A stretch of 64,000 nucleotides of DNA from Planctomycetota bacterium. GTDB taxonomy: Bacteria > Planctomycetota > UBA1135 > UBA2386. The stretch is taken from NCBI GenBank assembly GCA_965223545.1, contig OZ245006.1, positions 4,992,001-5,056,000 on the forward strand. The letters are read 5' to 3'. The position numbers and the translations under genes were made by a program. Below are positions 1 through 10,287 of the stretch, piece after piece (position 1 is the first letter of the stretch; each line of letters starts with the position of its first letter). Below the pieces are notes generated by a model. The model saw only the letters and a program-made list of their open reading frames with translations, was not told where the DNA came from and did not search any database.

Positions 1-843
1 GGATCCAACACCGTCTATGGCGTCACGTTCGCACCAGGAGCAGGTGTTTACGGGTTCGTCGGCGACGACGGCTATGGAGTCAGTGGGAGTGCCCACGGTT
101 CGGAGGCGCGAGGGGTTGTTGGCTTCGCTACGAGAGACAACGGAATCGGCGCAGAGGGTCGCGGGAACCGCGAAGGGGTCTTTGGGCGTGTGCTGAGATC
201 GACCGGATTTGCGGGCGTACACGGCTCAGTCCAGAGCACTTCGAGCTACGGAGTGTTCTCCTCGGGCGATTTCGGAGCCACGGGAAACAAGTACTTCGTC
301 CAACCCCATCCCACCGATCCCGCCACCAACCTCCGCCTCATCTGTCTCGAGGGGAATGAGTCCGGGACCTACTTCCGCGGAACCATGAGCCTCCACAAAG
401 GGCATGCCGAGATCCCAATCCCCGAAGACTGGCAACTCGTGTCGGACGACGCCGGCATCACTGTGCAAGTGACTCCCCGCCTTGGTTCGGCGCGCATTAC
501 CATCTGGAAAAAGAGTCGCGAAAACATCATTGTCAAAGGAACCGAAGACTGCGAGTTCGACTACGTCGTCAACGGTGTCCGACGAGGCTTCGCCAAACTC
601 CAACTTCGAATCGACAATCGAGCGTATCGCCCGACGGCTGCCGGAGTTCCCTATGGTGCCGAACTGTCGGACGAGGTTCGCAGCATCCTGGTCCAAAACG
701 GCACACTCAACGCCGATTACACGCCCAATGAAGTGACGGCCGGACGACTGGGTTGGGATCTAGCCAACCCCGAGGAGGTTGCCGCCAAGGAGCGCTTGTT
801 GCGGTTCGCCGCCGAGAACGCCGCCGGCGCCAACTCGCGATGA
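1..843 (+). CDS. 5'-truncated Gly-rich (GVxG repeat) protein, paralog of 949..2196
   Basis: Frame is open from base 1 (GSNTVYGVTFAPGAGVYG...). Its C-terminal ~200 aa closely match the next ORF (YGVFSSGDFGATG.K.FVQPHPTDP...CLEGNE.GTYFRG...IPIPEDWQLVS). Confidence 0.8.
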   Translation, partial: GSNTVYGVTFAPGAGVYGFVGDDGYGVSGSAHGSEARGVVGFATRDNGIGAEGRGNREGVFGRVLRSTGFAGVHGSVQSTSSYGVFSSGDFGATGNKYFVQPHPTDPATNLRLICLEGNESGTYFRGTMSLHKGHAEIPIPEDWQLVSDDAGITVQVTPRLGSARITIWKKSRENIIVKGTEDCEFDYVVNGVRRGFAKLQLRIDNRAYRPTAAGVPYGAELSDEVRSILVQNGTLNADYTPNEVTAGRLGWDLANPEEVAAKERLLRFAAENAAGANSR

Positions 844-892
844 CCGCCGATTCCTCACCCGAGTTTTCCGTGACAATCATTCCCGGACCACG

Positions 893-925
893 CTGATCAG
901 CAGAACCCCCTGATCAGCAGAACCC
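893..925 (+). repeat. Tandem 16-bp direct repeat CTGATCAGCAGAACCC x2 (period 17) upstream of the RBS
   Basis: Copies at 893-908 and 910-925, each containing the palindrome CTGATCAG. AAGGAG at 938-943 precedes ATG 949. Confidence 0.85.
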
Positions 926-948
926 AACGAGAAAATCAAGGAGAAATC

Positions 949-2196
949 ATGCAACGATTCCAACGACTTGTCTCTTCCGTTGTCTGGCCGATGTCGCTGG
1001 GCTCTTTCCTGGTCCTCGCCGAGCGTGGAGCCGCGCAATGGCAATTGAACCAGGGCAACCTCTACACGACCACGAACGCGGTCGGCATCGGCACGCCCTT
1101 CCCACAGGGCCTGCTACACGTTCAGGGCGGCCAGTTGTTCGTGTGGAACTCGGCACCAGCTTCCATTCATGCAGTCAACAGCCTGAAGACGGGGCAGGGG
1201 TACGCCGTGCACGGTGTGTCCGAATCGGAGGACGGGGCAGCGTTGTTCGGTGAAAGCAAGGCGAGCAACTACGGCAACGGTGTACTCGGAGCTGCCTACG
1301 GGTTTGCATCCGTTGGCGTCCATGGGAGATACCTCGGCAAGACCCTGGGCTTCGGGGTGTATGGGTCCAACGACAACGCCGGTGTGGGTGTGTCCGGCTT
1401 GTCTTTCAGCAGCGTCGGCACGGGCGTTGTCGGATACGCCGACCACGATGACTCTCAGGGCGTACTCGGCGTGGGCCACGGGGACAAAGGCGTGGGGGTC
1501 GAGGGCGTCGGGAACTACGAAGGAGTCTTGGGCATAGCGGAGCAATCGACTTCGTTCGCGGGAGTGCATGGCAAAGCCCGGCTCGGCCCCAGCTACGGCG
1601 TATTCTCCTCTGGTGACTTCGGCGCGACGGGCGCCAAGTCCTTCGTGCAGCCCCACCCAACGGACCCCTCCGTCAACATCCGTTTCGTGTGCCTGGAAGG
1701 GAACGAGGCCGGAACCTACTTTCGAGGTACGACGCGCTTCCACAACGGGCACGCGGAGATTCCAATTCCCGAAGATTGGCAACTGGTGTCAGAAGCCACC
1801 CAGATCACGGTGCAGGTGACGCCGATCCGCAGTTTCGCGCAACTGACGATCTGGGAGAAGAGCCGAGAGCGCATCGTCGTCAAGAGCGACCAAGACTGCG
1901 AGTTCGACTACGTAGTCAACGGGGTCCGCCGCGGTTTCGCCAACATCCAACTACGGACTGACAATCGGGCGTACCGGCCCAAGGTCCGCAATGTTCCCTA
2001 CGGGGCCGAATTGCCCGACGAGGTCCGCCAGATCCTCGTGCAAAACGGCACCCTCAACACCGACTACACACCGAACGAGGTCACCGCCGCCCGGCTCGGT
2101 TGGAGACTGCGCTCCCCCGACGAGGTCGCCGCCAAGGACCACGCGTGGCGGATCGGTGCGGAGCGAGGCCGACGAGACAAAGCCAACCGCCGCTGA
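949..2196 (+). CDS. Secreted Gly-rich GVxG-repeat (probable beta-helix/fibre) protein with conserved C-terminal domain
   Basis: SD AAGGAG, signal peptide-like N-terminus ending GAAQ, VGIGT..P..LHV motif, many GVxG repeats, C-terminal domain shared with the upstream paralog. Confidence 0.8.
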   Translation: MQRFQRLVSSVVWPMSLGSFLVLAERGAAQWQLNQGNLYTTTNAVGIGTPFPQGLLHVQGGQLFVWNSAPASIHAVNSLKTGQGYAVHGVSESEDGAALFGESKASNYGNGVLGAAYGFASVGVHGRYLGKTLGFGVYGSNDNAGVGVSGLSFSSVGTGVVGYADHDDSQGVLGVGHGDKGVGVEGVGNYEGVLGIAEQSTSFAGVHGKARLGPSYGVFSSGDFGATGAKSFVQPHPTDPSVNIRFVCLEGNEAGTYFRGTTRFHNGHAEIPIPEDWQLVSEATQITVQVTPIRSFAQLTIWEKSRERIVVKSDQDCEFDYVVNGVRRGFANIQLRTDNRAYRPKVRNVPYGAELPDEVRQILVQNGTLNTDYTPNEVTAARLGWRLRSPDEVAAKDHAWRIGAERGRRDKANRR

Positions 2197-2536
2197 GCGT
2201 CCGGGGCCGAGAATCTTCGCGCGGCGACAACATCTCCGAAGGCCCGCTGGCGTCAGCACTTCGATACCGCAACTCCCGGACGCTCGAAAGCAACACTGGC
2301 GTCTGCGCTCAGCGCGGCCGTCCGGCACCACTGAAACTGCGGGCTCCGCTACTGTCGAGACGCGCCCGGTCCTTGGTTGCGGCCTCGGCCGCGCTGAGAG
2401 CCTGTGACCCGATCCCAGCTGCTCTGGGTTCCCGAGGATGCCGTCGGCGTTCGCGTCCAGACCGAGAGTGGAGAGAGTGTCTTCGCAAGACACACCGACA
2501 ACGAAACTGGGATTGTCGAGCACGTGATCGAGTGAT

Positions 2537-4681
<2,145 letters not shown>

Positions 4682-4740
4682 GACTATGCTGACAGTGGCC
4701 GCCGCCGCCGGCAAACGTCAGCCGACCGCCAAAAAAAGCG

Positions 4741-5340
4741 ATGCCGGACGATCCGACCACTCTGCACGTGCAGCGCGCCCGGGCGGGGGATGCGGCGAGC
4801 GTCGAGTGGTTGGTGGTGCGCTTCGCGCCGCTGCTGCGCGCCCAAGCGCGGTACCGGCTGTCCGGCAGGAACTTGGCCGTCGAGCCGGACGACGTGGTGC
4901 ACGATGTGTGGACCGTGGCGTTGCCCGCATTGCCCGGCCTCCGGATGGGCGGCGCACGGCAGACCCCGGTGCTGGTCAAGTTTCTCGCCACGACCCTCCT
5001 CTATCGCGTCAACGAGCTGACGCGGCAGCACATTCGGCGCGGCGCGCGCGCGGCGCCGAGCGAGACGGCTTCGCCGAGCCGGTGGGCGGCGTCGACGCGC
5101 GGGGCACTGACGCGCGCTGCCGATGCCGACGAAGTCGAACGTGTTCTACACGCGATCCAGGCTCTGCCCGACGCCGATCGCGAAGTGGTCGTACTGCGCG
5201 GCATCGAGCAGCTCGAGAACGCCAGGGTCGCGGCCCTGCTCGGCCAGTCGGCGAACGCCGTTTCGCTGCGCTTCAACCGCGCCATGCGGCGGCTGCGGGC
5301 GGAGCTGGGACCCAGCGTGCTGGACGACCTCGACCCGTGA
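4741..5340 (+). CDS. ECF-family RNA polymerase sigma factor
   Basis: RARAGD..S.EWL, DDVVHDVW (region 2); LPDADREVVVLR...VAALLGQSANAVSLRFNRA (region 4 HTH). Confidence 0.9.
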   Translation: MPDDPTTLHVQRARAGDAASVEWLVVRFAPLLRAQARYRLSGRNLAVEPDDVVHDVWTVALPALPGLRMGGARQTPVLVKFLATTLLYRVNELTRQHIRRGARAAPSETASPSRWAASTRGALTRAADADEVERVLHAIQALPDADREVVVLRGIEQLENARVAALLGQSANAVSLRFNRAMRRLRAELGPSVLDDLDP

Positions 5341-5446
5341 TGCGCGGCGGTGTGCCGCCGGGGTTTTCTCGGATTTCTCGACGCGGGGGGCCGCTGGGAG
5401 TCACCGTCGCCTTGTCGTCCTCTCGCTGACCGAGGAGTCAGAACGC

Positions 5447-6028
5447 ATGTGGATCTGGATCGCCTTGGCCTTGCTCGCCGTCATCGTTTGTGCCGTCATC
5501 GTCGGGGCACTGCTCCCCCCGGACTTCCGTGCCGCCGGAACCTGCGATGTCGACCTCGCGCCAGAGCCGCTGTGGGCCGCGCTCTCCGACATCGAGCGGC
5601 ATCCCATGGCGGCCAAGATGGCGCGTTCCGTGCAGGTGCTGCCGCAGGAGGACGGGCTGCCGGTGTGGGTCGAGGACCTCGGCAGCTCGAAGGTGCGCGT
5701 GCGCACGACGCGGGCGGAGCCGCCCACCCTCCTGGTGCGCGAGCTGGCCGACCAGGTCGTGCCGATGACGGCGCGCGTGGAGTTGCGCATCGAGCCCCGC
5801 GGCGGCGGCAGCCGCGTCTACCTGACCAACCACACGCGAGTGAGCCGCGGCACCTGGCACGTTCCGTTGTTTCGTCTGCTGCTGACCATCACGCCGGGGC
5901 TGCGCTCCGGCATGCGCGCTTGGCTGCAACAAGCGGTGCCAGGGCGCGTTCGCTTCGATTGGCGCTCCCCGTCGCCGGCGCCGGGAGGATCTCCCGCGCC
6001 TCCGGATACCACCGGCGGCCCTCCGTAG
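5447..6028 (+). CDS. SRPBCC/START-like protein with N-terminal membrane anchor
   Basis: GAGGAG upstream of ATG 5447; hydrophobic N-terminus; APEPLWAALSD and IEPRGGGSRV typical of SRPBCC. Confidence 0.75.
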   Translation: MWIWIALALLAVIVCAVIVGALLPPDFRAAGTCDVDLAPEPLWAALSDIERHPMAAKMARSVQVLPQEDGLPVWVEDLGSSKVRVRTTRAEPPTLLVRELADQVVPMTARVELRIEPRGGGSRVYLTNHTRVSRGTWHVPLFRLLLTITPGLRSGMRAWLQQAVPGRVRFDWRSPSPAPGGSPAPPDTTGGPP

Positions 6029-6037
6029 AGTGGGGGC

Positions 6038-7513
6038 GTGAACGTCGACGCACTCGAACGAACGCCGCCGGCCTCCGGGGGCGGAGCCCCGGCTGCCTCC
6101 TGGAGCTGGCTGCGGCTGTTTCTGTTTCGCTTTGCCGCACTGTACTTCGTGCTCTACGCGCTGCCGTTTCCGTTCTCCAACCTGTGGCAGGTGGTCGCGC
6201 AGGTCATCGAGTGGAGCACTAAAGAAGGACAAGAGATCGCATGGGTGGCCGCCGTGCAGGACTTCTTCACCGGCAGCCCGGAGGAGGGCTTCGCCCGGGG
6301 TCGCTACGACGGTTGGTGGCGCGCGATCACGTCGTCGGTTGGGGATGCGGTCGGCATCGAGGTCATCCACCAGCGCACTGGCAGCGGCGATACGGCCCAC
6401 GACTGGATCAAGGCAGCGGTGGGGTTCGCGGCCGCGGCGGTCCTCGCGCTGCTCTGGAGCGTCGTCCGGCGGCACGGAGCGCATCCGGCGCTGGCGCGTT
6501 GGCTGCACCTCGGCGTGCGCTGGTATCTCGGCTTCTGGATGTTGGTCTACGGGCTGATCAAGCTGTACGCGGGTCAGTTCATCTATCCGTCGCTGCAGGC
6601 GATGATGCTCCCGCTGGGCGACATGTCACCGATGGGGCTGGTCTGGGACTTCATCGGGTTCTCCAAACCGTACGAGGTGTTCAGCGGCATCGGCGAGGCG
6701 CTCGGCGGGTTGTTGCTGTTCGCCCGGCGGACGTCGCTGCTCGGCAGCTTCGTCACCGTTGCCGTGATGACCAACGTGGTCGCCCTCAACTGGATGTACG
6801 ACGTGCCGGTCAAGCTGTTCTCGTCGCACCTCTTGCTGTTCGCATTGGCGCTGATGGTCCCCGAGGCACGGCGCTTGGTGCGGATGTTCCTGACCAACCG
6901 GCCCGTGCCGCCGGCCGACCACACGCTGGTCGCGAACCGAGGGCTTCGCGTGGCGCTGACGGTGTTCGGCACCGCGTGGCTGGCGCTGCACCTGTACTCC
7001 ACCCACGAAGGCAACATGGCCGCGAGGGAGCAGCGCCGCGCGTTTCTGGAGCGGCCACCGCTGTATGGCGTGTGGCTGGTGGACGGCATGCGCATCGACG
7101 GTGTCGACGTCGAGCCTGGAGACCCGCGGCGCTGGGAGCTGCTGGCGATCGACGCCCGCGAACGAGGCTGGATTCGCTGGCCCGGAGGGCGCACCGAGTG
7201 GATCCGACTGAAGCCGGGAGACGACGCCGACACGCTCCAAGTGGCCGCGCTCGCCGCTGGGGCAGCCGGGCCGGATGCCGATGAGCCATCGTGGTCGACT
7301 TGGTCGGTGGAGCGTGGCGAGCAGACCGTGCAGCGCCTCATCACGGTGCCGAAGTCGATGCAGGGGTACCGGCGTCAGGTCGACGAGGTCGCGCCGATGC
7401 TGGTGTTGACCGGACCGTGGCAGGAGAGTGAGCTGGAAGTGCGCGTCGTGGCCAAGCGCTTCGAGCTCGAGCGCGGCTTTCACTGGATCCAGGAGCTGCC
7501 GATCAACCGCTGA
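6038..7513 (+). CDS. DoxX-like multi-pass membrane protein
   Basis: Multiple TM helices; YGLIKLYAGQF, SPMGLVWDFIGFSKPYE, NWMYDVPVK motifs. Confidence 0.7.
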   Translation: MNVDALERTPPASGGGAPAASWSWLRLFLFRFAALYFVLYALPFPFSNLWQVVAQVIEWSTKEGQEIAWVAAVQDFFTGSPEEGFARGRYDGWWRAITSSVGDAVGIEVIHQRTGSGDTAHDWIKAAVGFAAAAVLALLWSVVRRHGAHPALARWLHLGVRWYLGFWMLVYGLIKLYAGQFIYPSLQAMMLPLGDMSPMGLVWDFIGFSKPYEVFSGIGEALGGLLLFARRTSLLGSFVTVAVMTNVVALNWMYDVPVKLFSSHLLLFALALMVPEARRLVRMFLTNRPVPPADHTLVANRGLRVALTVFGTAWLALHLYSTHEGNMAAREQRRAFLERPPLYGVWLVDGMRIDGVDVEPGDPRRWELLAIDARERGWIRWPGGRTEWIRLKPGDDADTLQVAALAAGAAGPDADEPSWSTWSVERGEQTVQRLITVPKSMQGYRRQVDEVAPMLVLTGPWQESELEVRVVAKRFELERGFHWIQELPINR

Positions 7514-7536
7514 GAGTGGCGGCGTTCGGTCGTCCG

Positions 7537-8604
7537 CTACCGAACGTCGCGCAGGTAGCGGCTGTCGGGGGCGAGTAGCTTGTCGAGGATCAAGTCGGCG
7601 GCAAACCGATGCCCCTCCGCGGTCCAGTGGCCGTCGACCGGAAAGTAGTACTCGGGATGAGCGTCGCGGTTGCGGATCGGCAAGAACGGCGCTTCGTACC
7701 TCAGAGCCAACTCGCGCAGGCGATCGAGACCCGCGCCCTTGAAGTCGAGCGCCATCAGCGCCGTCGGCCAGCCGCGGTCGCGGCAGATCTGCAGCGCGCG
7801 TTCGACCAGGGCGACGAACAACTGGCCGGGCTTGCCCGCGGTGACCGACTCGTCGCCTGCCGAGGTGGTCCCGGCCGCGCCATCCCCGCCGGGGGATTGG
7901 TGTCCGCGCCGCGCTTGGTGGCTGAGCATGCGGGTCAGGGCGAGCAAGCGGGAATACTCGATGCCGGGGATCCACTCGATCCACGGCTGCAGGCGGCGCG
8001 AGAGCGGCGGCGGCGGCGCGGGCAGCGGCTGCAGCAAACCGTCGTCGTCGAGGCGGAACAACCCCTCGCGCACGTTGTCGGGGATGTCGTTGGTGAACAC
8101 CTCGAGCACCACCAGGCGAGGGCGGGCACCCGCGAGCTCGTTCTCGAGCAGGTGGATCCAGCGGCCGTTGCCGGTGTCGGCCATGCCGGCGTTGACGACC
8201 GGCACGGTGTGCGAGCCGTGGCGCTCGTCGAGGGCTTTGCGCACCAGGGCGGGAAACTCTTCGCCGTCGTTGACACCCTGACCCTCGGTGAACGAGTCGC
8301 CGAGGAAGAGCACGCAGCCGTCCATGGAAGGTGGCGGCTCGGGGCCGCGGAAGCCGCGTGAGTTGATGCGCATGAACGCTTCGTACTCGGGGTAGATGAC
8401 CCATCCCGAGTAGCCCGGCTTGTAGCGCTTGCCGACCACGGGGTCGTACACCGTGAAGAAGCCGCGCACGGGCACGTCCGTGGCGACGGCCAACAACAGC
8501 TCCGCGAGTAGCACCGCGACGATTGCGGAGCCGATCAACAGGAGTCCGCGCCGCATCCATCGGCGCTGCACGGGCTTTGCGGAGTTCGGATCGCGGTCGG
8601 CCAT
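7537..8604 (-). CDS. SGNH/GDSL hydrolase with N-terminal TM anchor
   Basis: INSRGFRG, FLGDSFT, VVNAG, FTND, DGHWTAEGH blocks. Confidence 0.88.
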   Translation of the reverse strand: MADRDPNSAKPVQRRWMRRGLLLIGSAIVAVLLAELLLAVATDVPVRGFFTVYDPVVGKRYKPGYSGWVIYPEYEAFMRINSRGFRGPEPPPSMDGCVLFLGDSFTEGQGVNDGEEFPALVRKALDERHGSHTVPVVNAGMADTGNGRWIHLLENELAGARPRLVVLEVFTNDIPDNVREGLFRLDDDGLLQPLPAPPPPLSRRLQPWIEWIPGIEYSRLLALTRMLSHQARRGHQSPGGDGAAGTTSAGDESVTAGKPGQLFVALVERALQICRDRGWPTALMALDFKGAGLDRLRELALRYEAPFLPIRNRDAHPEYYFPVDGHWTAEGHRFAADLILDKLLAPDSRYLRDVR

Positions 8605-8683
8605 CTCGGAGTCGCGGCAGCCAACGTAGCTGGGGCCCGCGCGGCCGCAATGGTGCGGCTGCGCGAGCAGGTTGGCGCCTCGG

Positions 8684-8830
8684 TCAGGGCAACGTGATTA
8701 GCAGCGCGTTGGAAACCGCGAGCTGCGCGCTGGTGCAGCTGACCGACACGGCGTAGCGCCCTGCGGGCACCTGCAGTCCGGTGTTGTCGCGCTGGTCCCA
8801 GCGCATCGTCCGGCTAGCTCCAGGGGCAAC
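8684..8830 (-). pseudogene. Probable C-terminal remnant of an Ig-like (FlgD/BsuPI-type) domain gene
   Basis: Frame reads VAPGASRTMRWDQRDNTGLQVPAGRYAVSV, a WD.RD..G..VP.G.Y motif, with no own N-terminus; it abuts the VOC gene stop. Confidence 0.4.
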
Positions 8831-8835
8831 CGGCG

Positions 8836-9627
8836 TCAGCACTTGGGCGCGAGCTGGATCAGCGAGAACGTCGCGCCCTGTGGATCGGCGACCACGCTGA
8901 ACTTGCCGACCGGGATCTCGGTCGGCGGAACGCGCACGACACCGCTGCTGTCGGCGACGGCCTTGGTCGCGGCATCGCAATCGGCGACCGCGAAGTACAC
9001 CAACCAGTGGCTCGGGATGCCCTCGAACTGCGGGCCGTCCATCGCCATCATCCCGCCCGCGTCCTGGTCGCCGCACTTGATCATCGTGTAGACCACGTCG
9101 CCCATCGGCATGTCGGCGAACTTCCAGCCGAACAGTTGGCCGTAGAACTCGCGGCTGGCCGCGACGTCGCGGCACATCAGCTCGTTCCACGACAGGCTGT
9201 TGGGCTCGCCGACGGCGACGCCGGGGCCGGCCTCGCCGGTCTGCTGCCACATGGCGACCGAGGCCCCTTCGGGGTCGAGGATGAAGCAGAGCTTGCCGTA
9301 GCCGGGGATCTCGGTGGTCGGCACGGTGATCGTCGCGCCGAGGTCGGCGGCGCGCTGTTGCGTGGCGGCGCAGTCCTCGACGCAGACGTAGCTGTTCCAC
9401 ATCGGTGGAATGCCCTGCGCCTTCATCTCGTCGTTCATCTGGCCGACCGCGCCGGCGGCGGCCTCACCGCGCAGGAAGAACGAGTACGGCGGGCCCCCGC
9501 CCGTGTCCTGCTGCATCGATGTCCAGCCGAACAGGTTGCCGTACCACGTGGTTGCGGCGTCGAGGTCGTGAGCGGAGAGGTCGACCCAGCAGAACTCGCC
9601 GGGCTTGAAGTCGTTGCGAATCGGCAT
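8836..9627 (-). CDS. VOC/glyoxalase family protein (two-domain)
   Basis: PGEFCWVDL...WYGNLFGW and SLSWNEL...FYGQLFGW; DPEGA/DPQGA repeats. Confidence 0.92.
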   Translation of the reverse strand: MPIRNDFKPGEFCWVDLSAHDLDAATTWYGNLFGWTSMQQDTGGGPPYSFFLRGEAAAGAVGQMNDEMKAQGIPPMWNSYVCVEDCAATQQRAADLGATITVPTTEIPGYGKLCFILDPEGASVAMWQQTGEAGPGVAVGEPNSLSWNELMCRDVAASREFYGQLFGWKFADMPMGDVVYTMIKCGDQDAGGMMAMDGPQFEGIPSHWLVYFAVADCDAATKAVADSSGVVRVPPTEIPVGKFSVVADPQGATFSLIQLAPKC

Positions 9628-9735
9628 GCGGCCTTTCTCGGTTCGGGTGCGGGAAGCCGGGCCATTCTGCCGTGCTCCGGCCGCGTGCCCAAGCCGTTCG
9701 CCAGCGCGCGCTCGCCTCGGGAAAAAAGGGGCGGA

Positions 9736-10287
9736 TCAGCCGTCGCGCGTGAACACGTCGCGGGTCTGGGTCTCCACGTGGCACTGCTGGCAGCGCACCC
9801 GCTCGGGGTGAGGGCACCGGATCTCCTCGCGAGCCGCGGGACCGGTGTGGCAGGCGGCGCAGTTCTCGCGCAGCAGAACCTGGTGCGGGATCACCGGCGG
9901 GGCCAGCGGGTTGAGGCGCTCGCCGGCGCGCAGGTCCTGCTCCAGGCCCGCGAACGCGCTCTTGACCAACACCGCGTCGGTATGGACGAAGACGTGGCAC
10001 TGCTCACAGCGGGCGAACGCGCTGGGGCCGTCGGGCTGGGCATGCGGCGACGGAGGCGCGAACCCGACGCCAGGCACCGCGGTGCCAGTGTCGGTGTGGC
10101 AGGAATCGCACGCCGCGCCCATCGCCGGGTGGGGGATCACCGGTGGCGCGCCGTCGAACGCGCGGCGCGTGGCGCGCACCGTCGCCTCGGTCTTGATCGC
10201 GGCGGTCGGCTGTCCAGGCGTGGACGCCTCTTCGGCGCAGCCACCGAGCAGGGCGATGATCAGGCTCGCTGCACTGAGACCGCGCAT
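9736..10287 (-). CDS. napB: NapB-like cytochrome c lipoprotein, tetraheme (duplicated NapB module)
   Basis: Lipobox LLGGC; RRAFDGAPPVIPH and a second PPVIPH; CDSCH, CEQCH, CAACH, CQQCH; overlaps the napA 3' end. Confidence 0.82.
   Translation of the reverse strand: MRGLSAASLIIALLGGCAEEASTPGQPTAAIKTEATVRATRRAFDGAPPVIPHPAMGAACDSCHTDTGTAVPGVGFAPPSPHAQPDGPSAFARCEQCHVFVHTDAVLVKSAFAGLEQDLRAGERLNPLAPPVIPHQVLLRENCAACHTGPAAREEIRCPHPERVRCQQCHVETQTRDVFTRDG

Noticed and set aside
2197..2536. Possible small gene or RNA in a 340-bp gap
   Set aside because: Overlapping ORFs lack motifs and I could not find a convincing structure.
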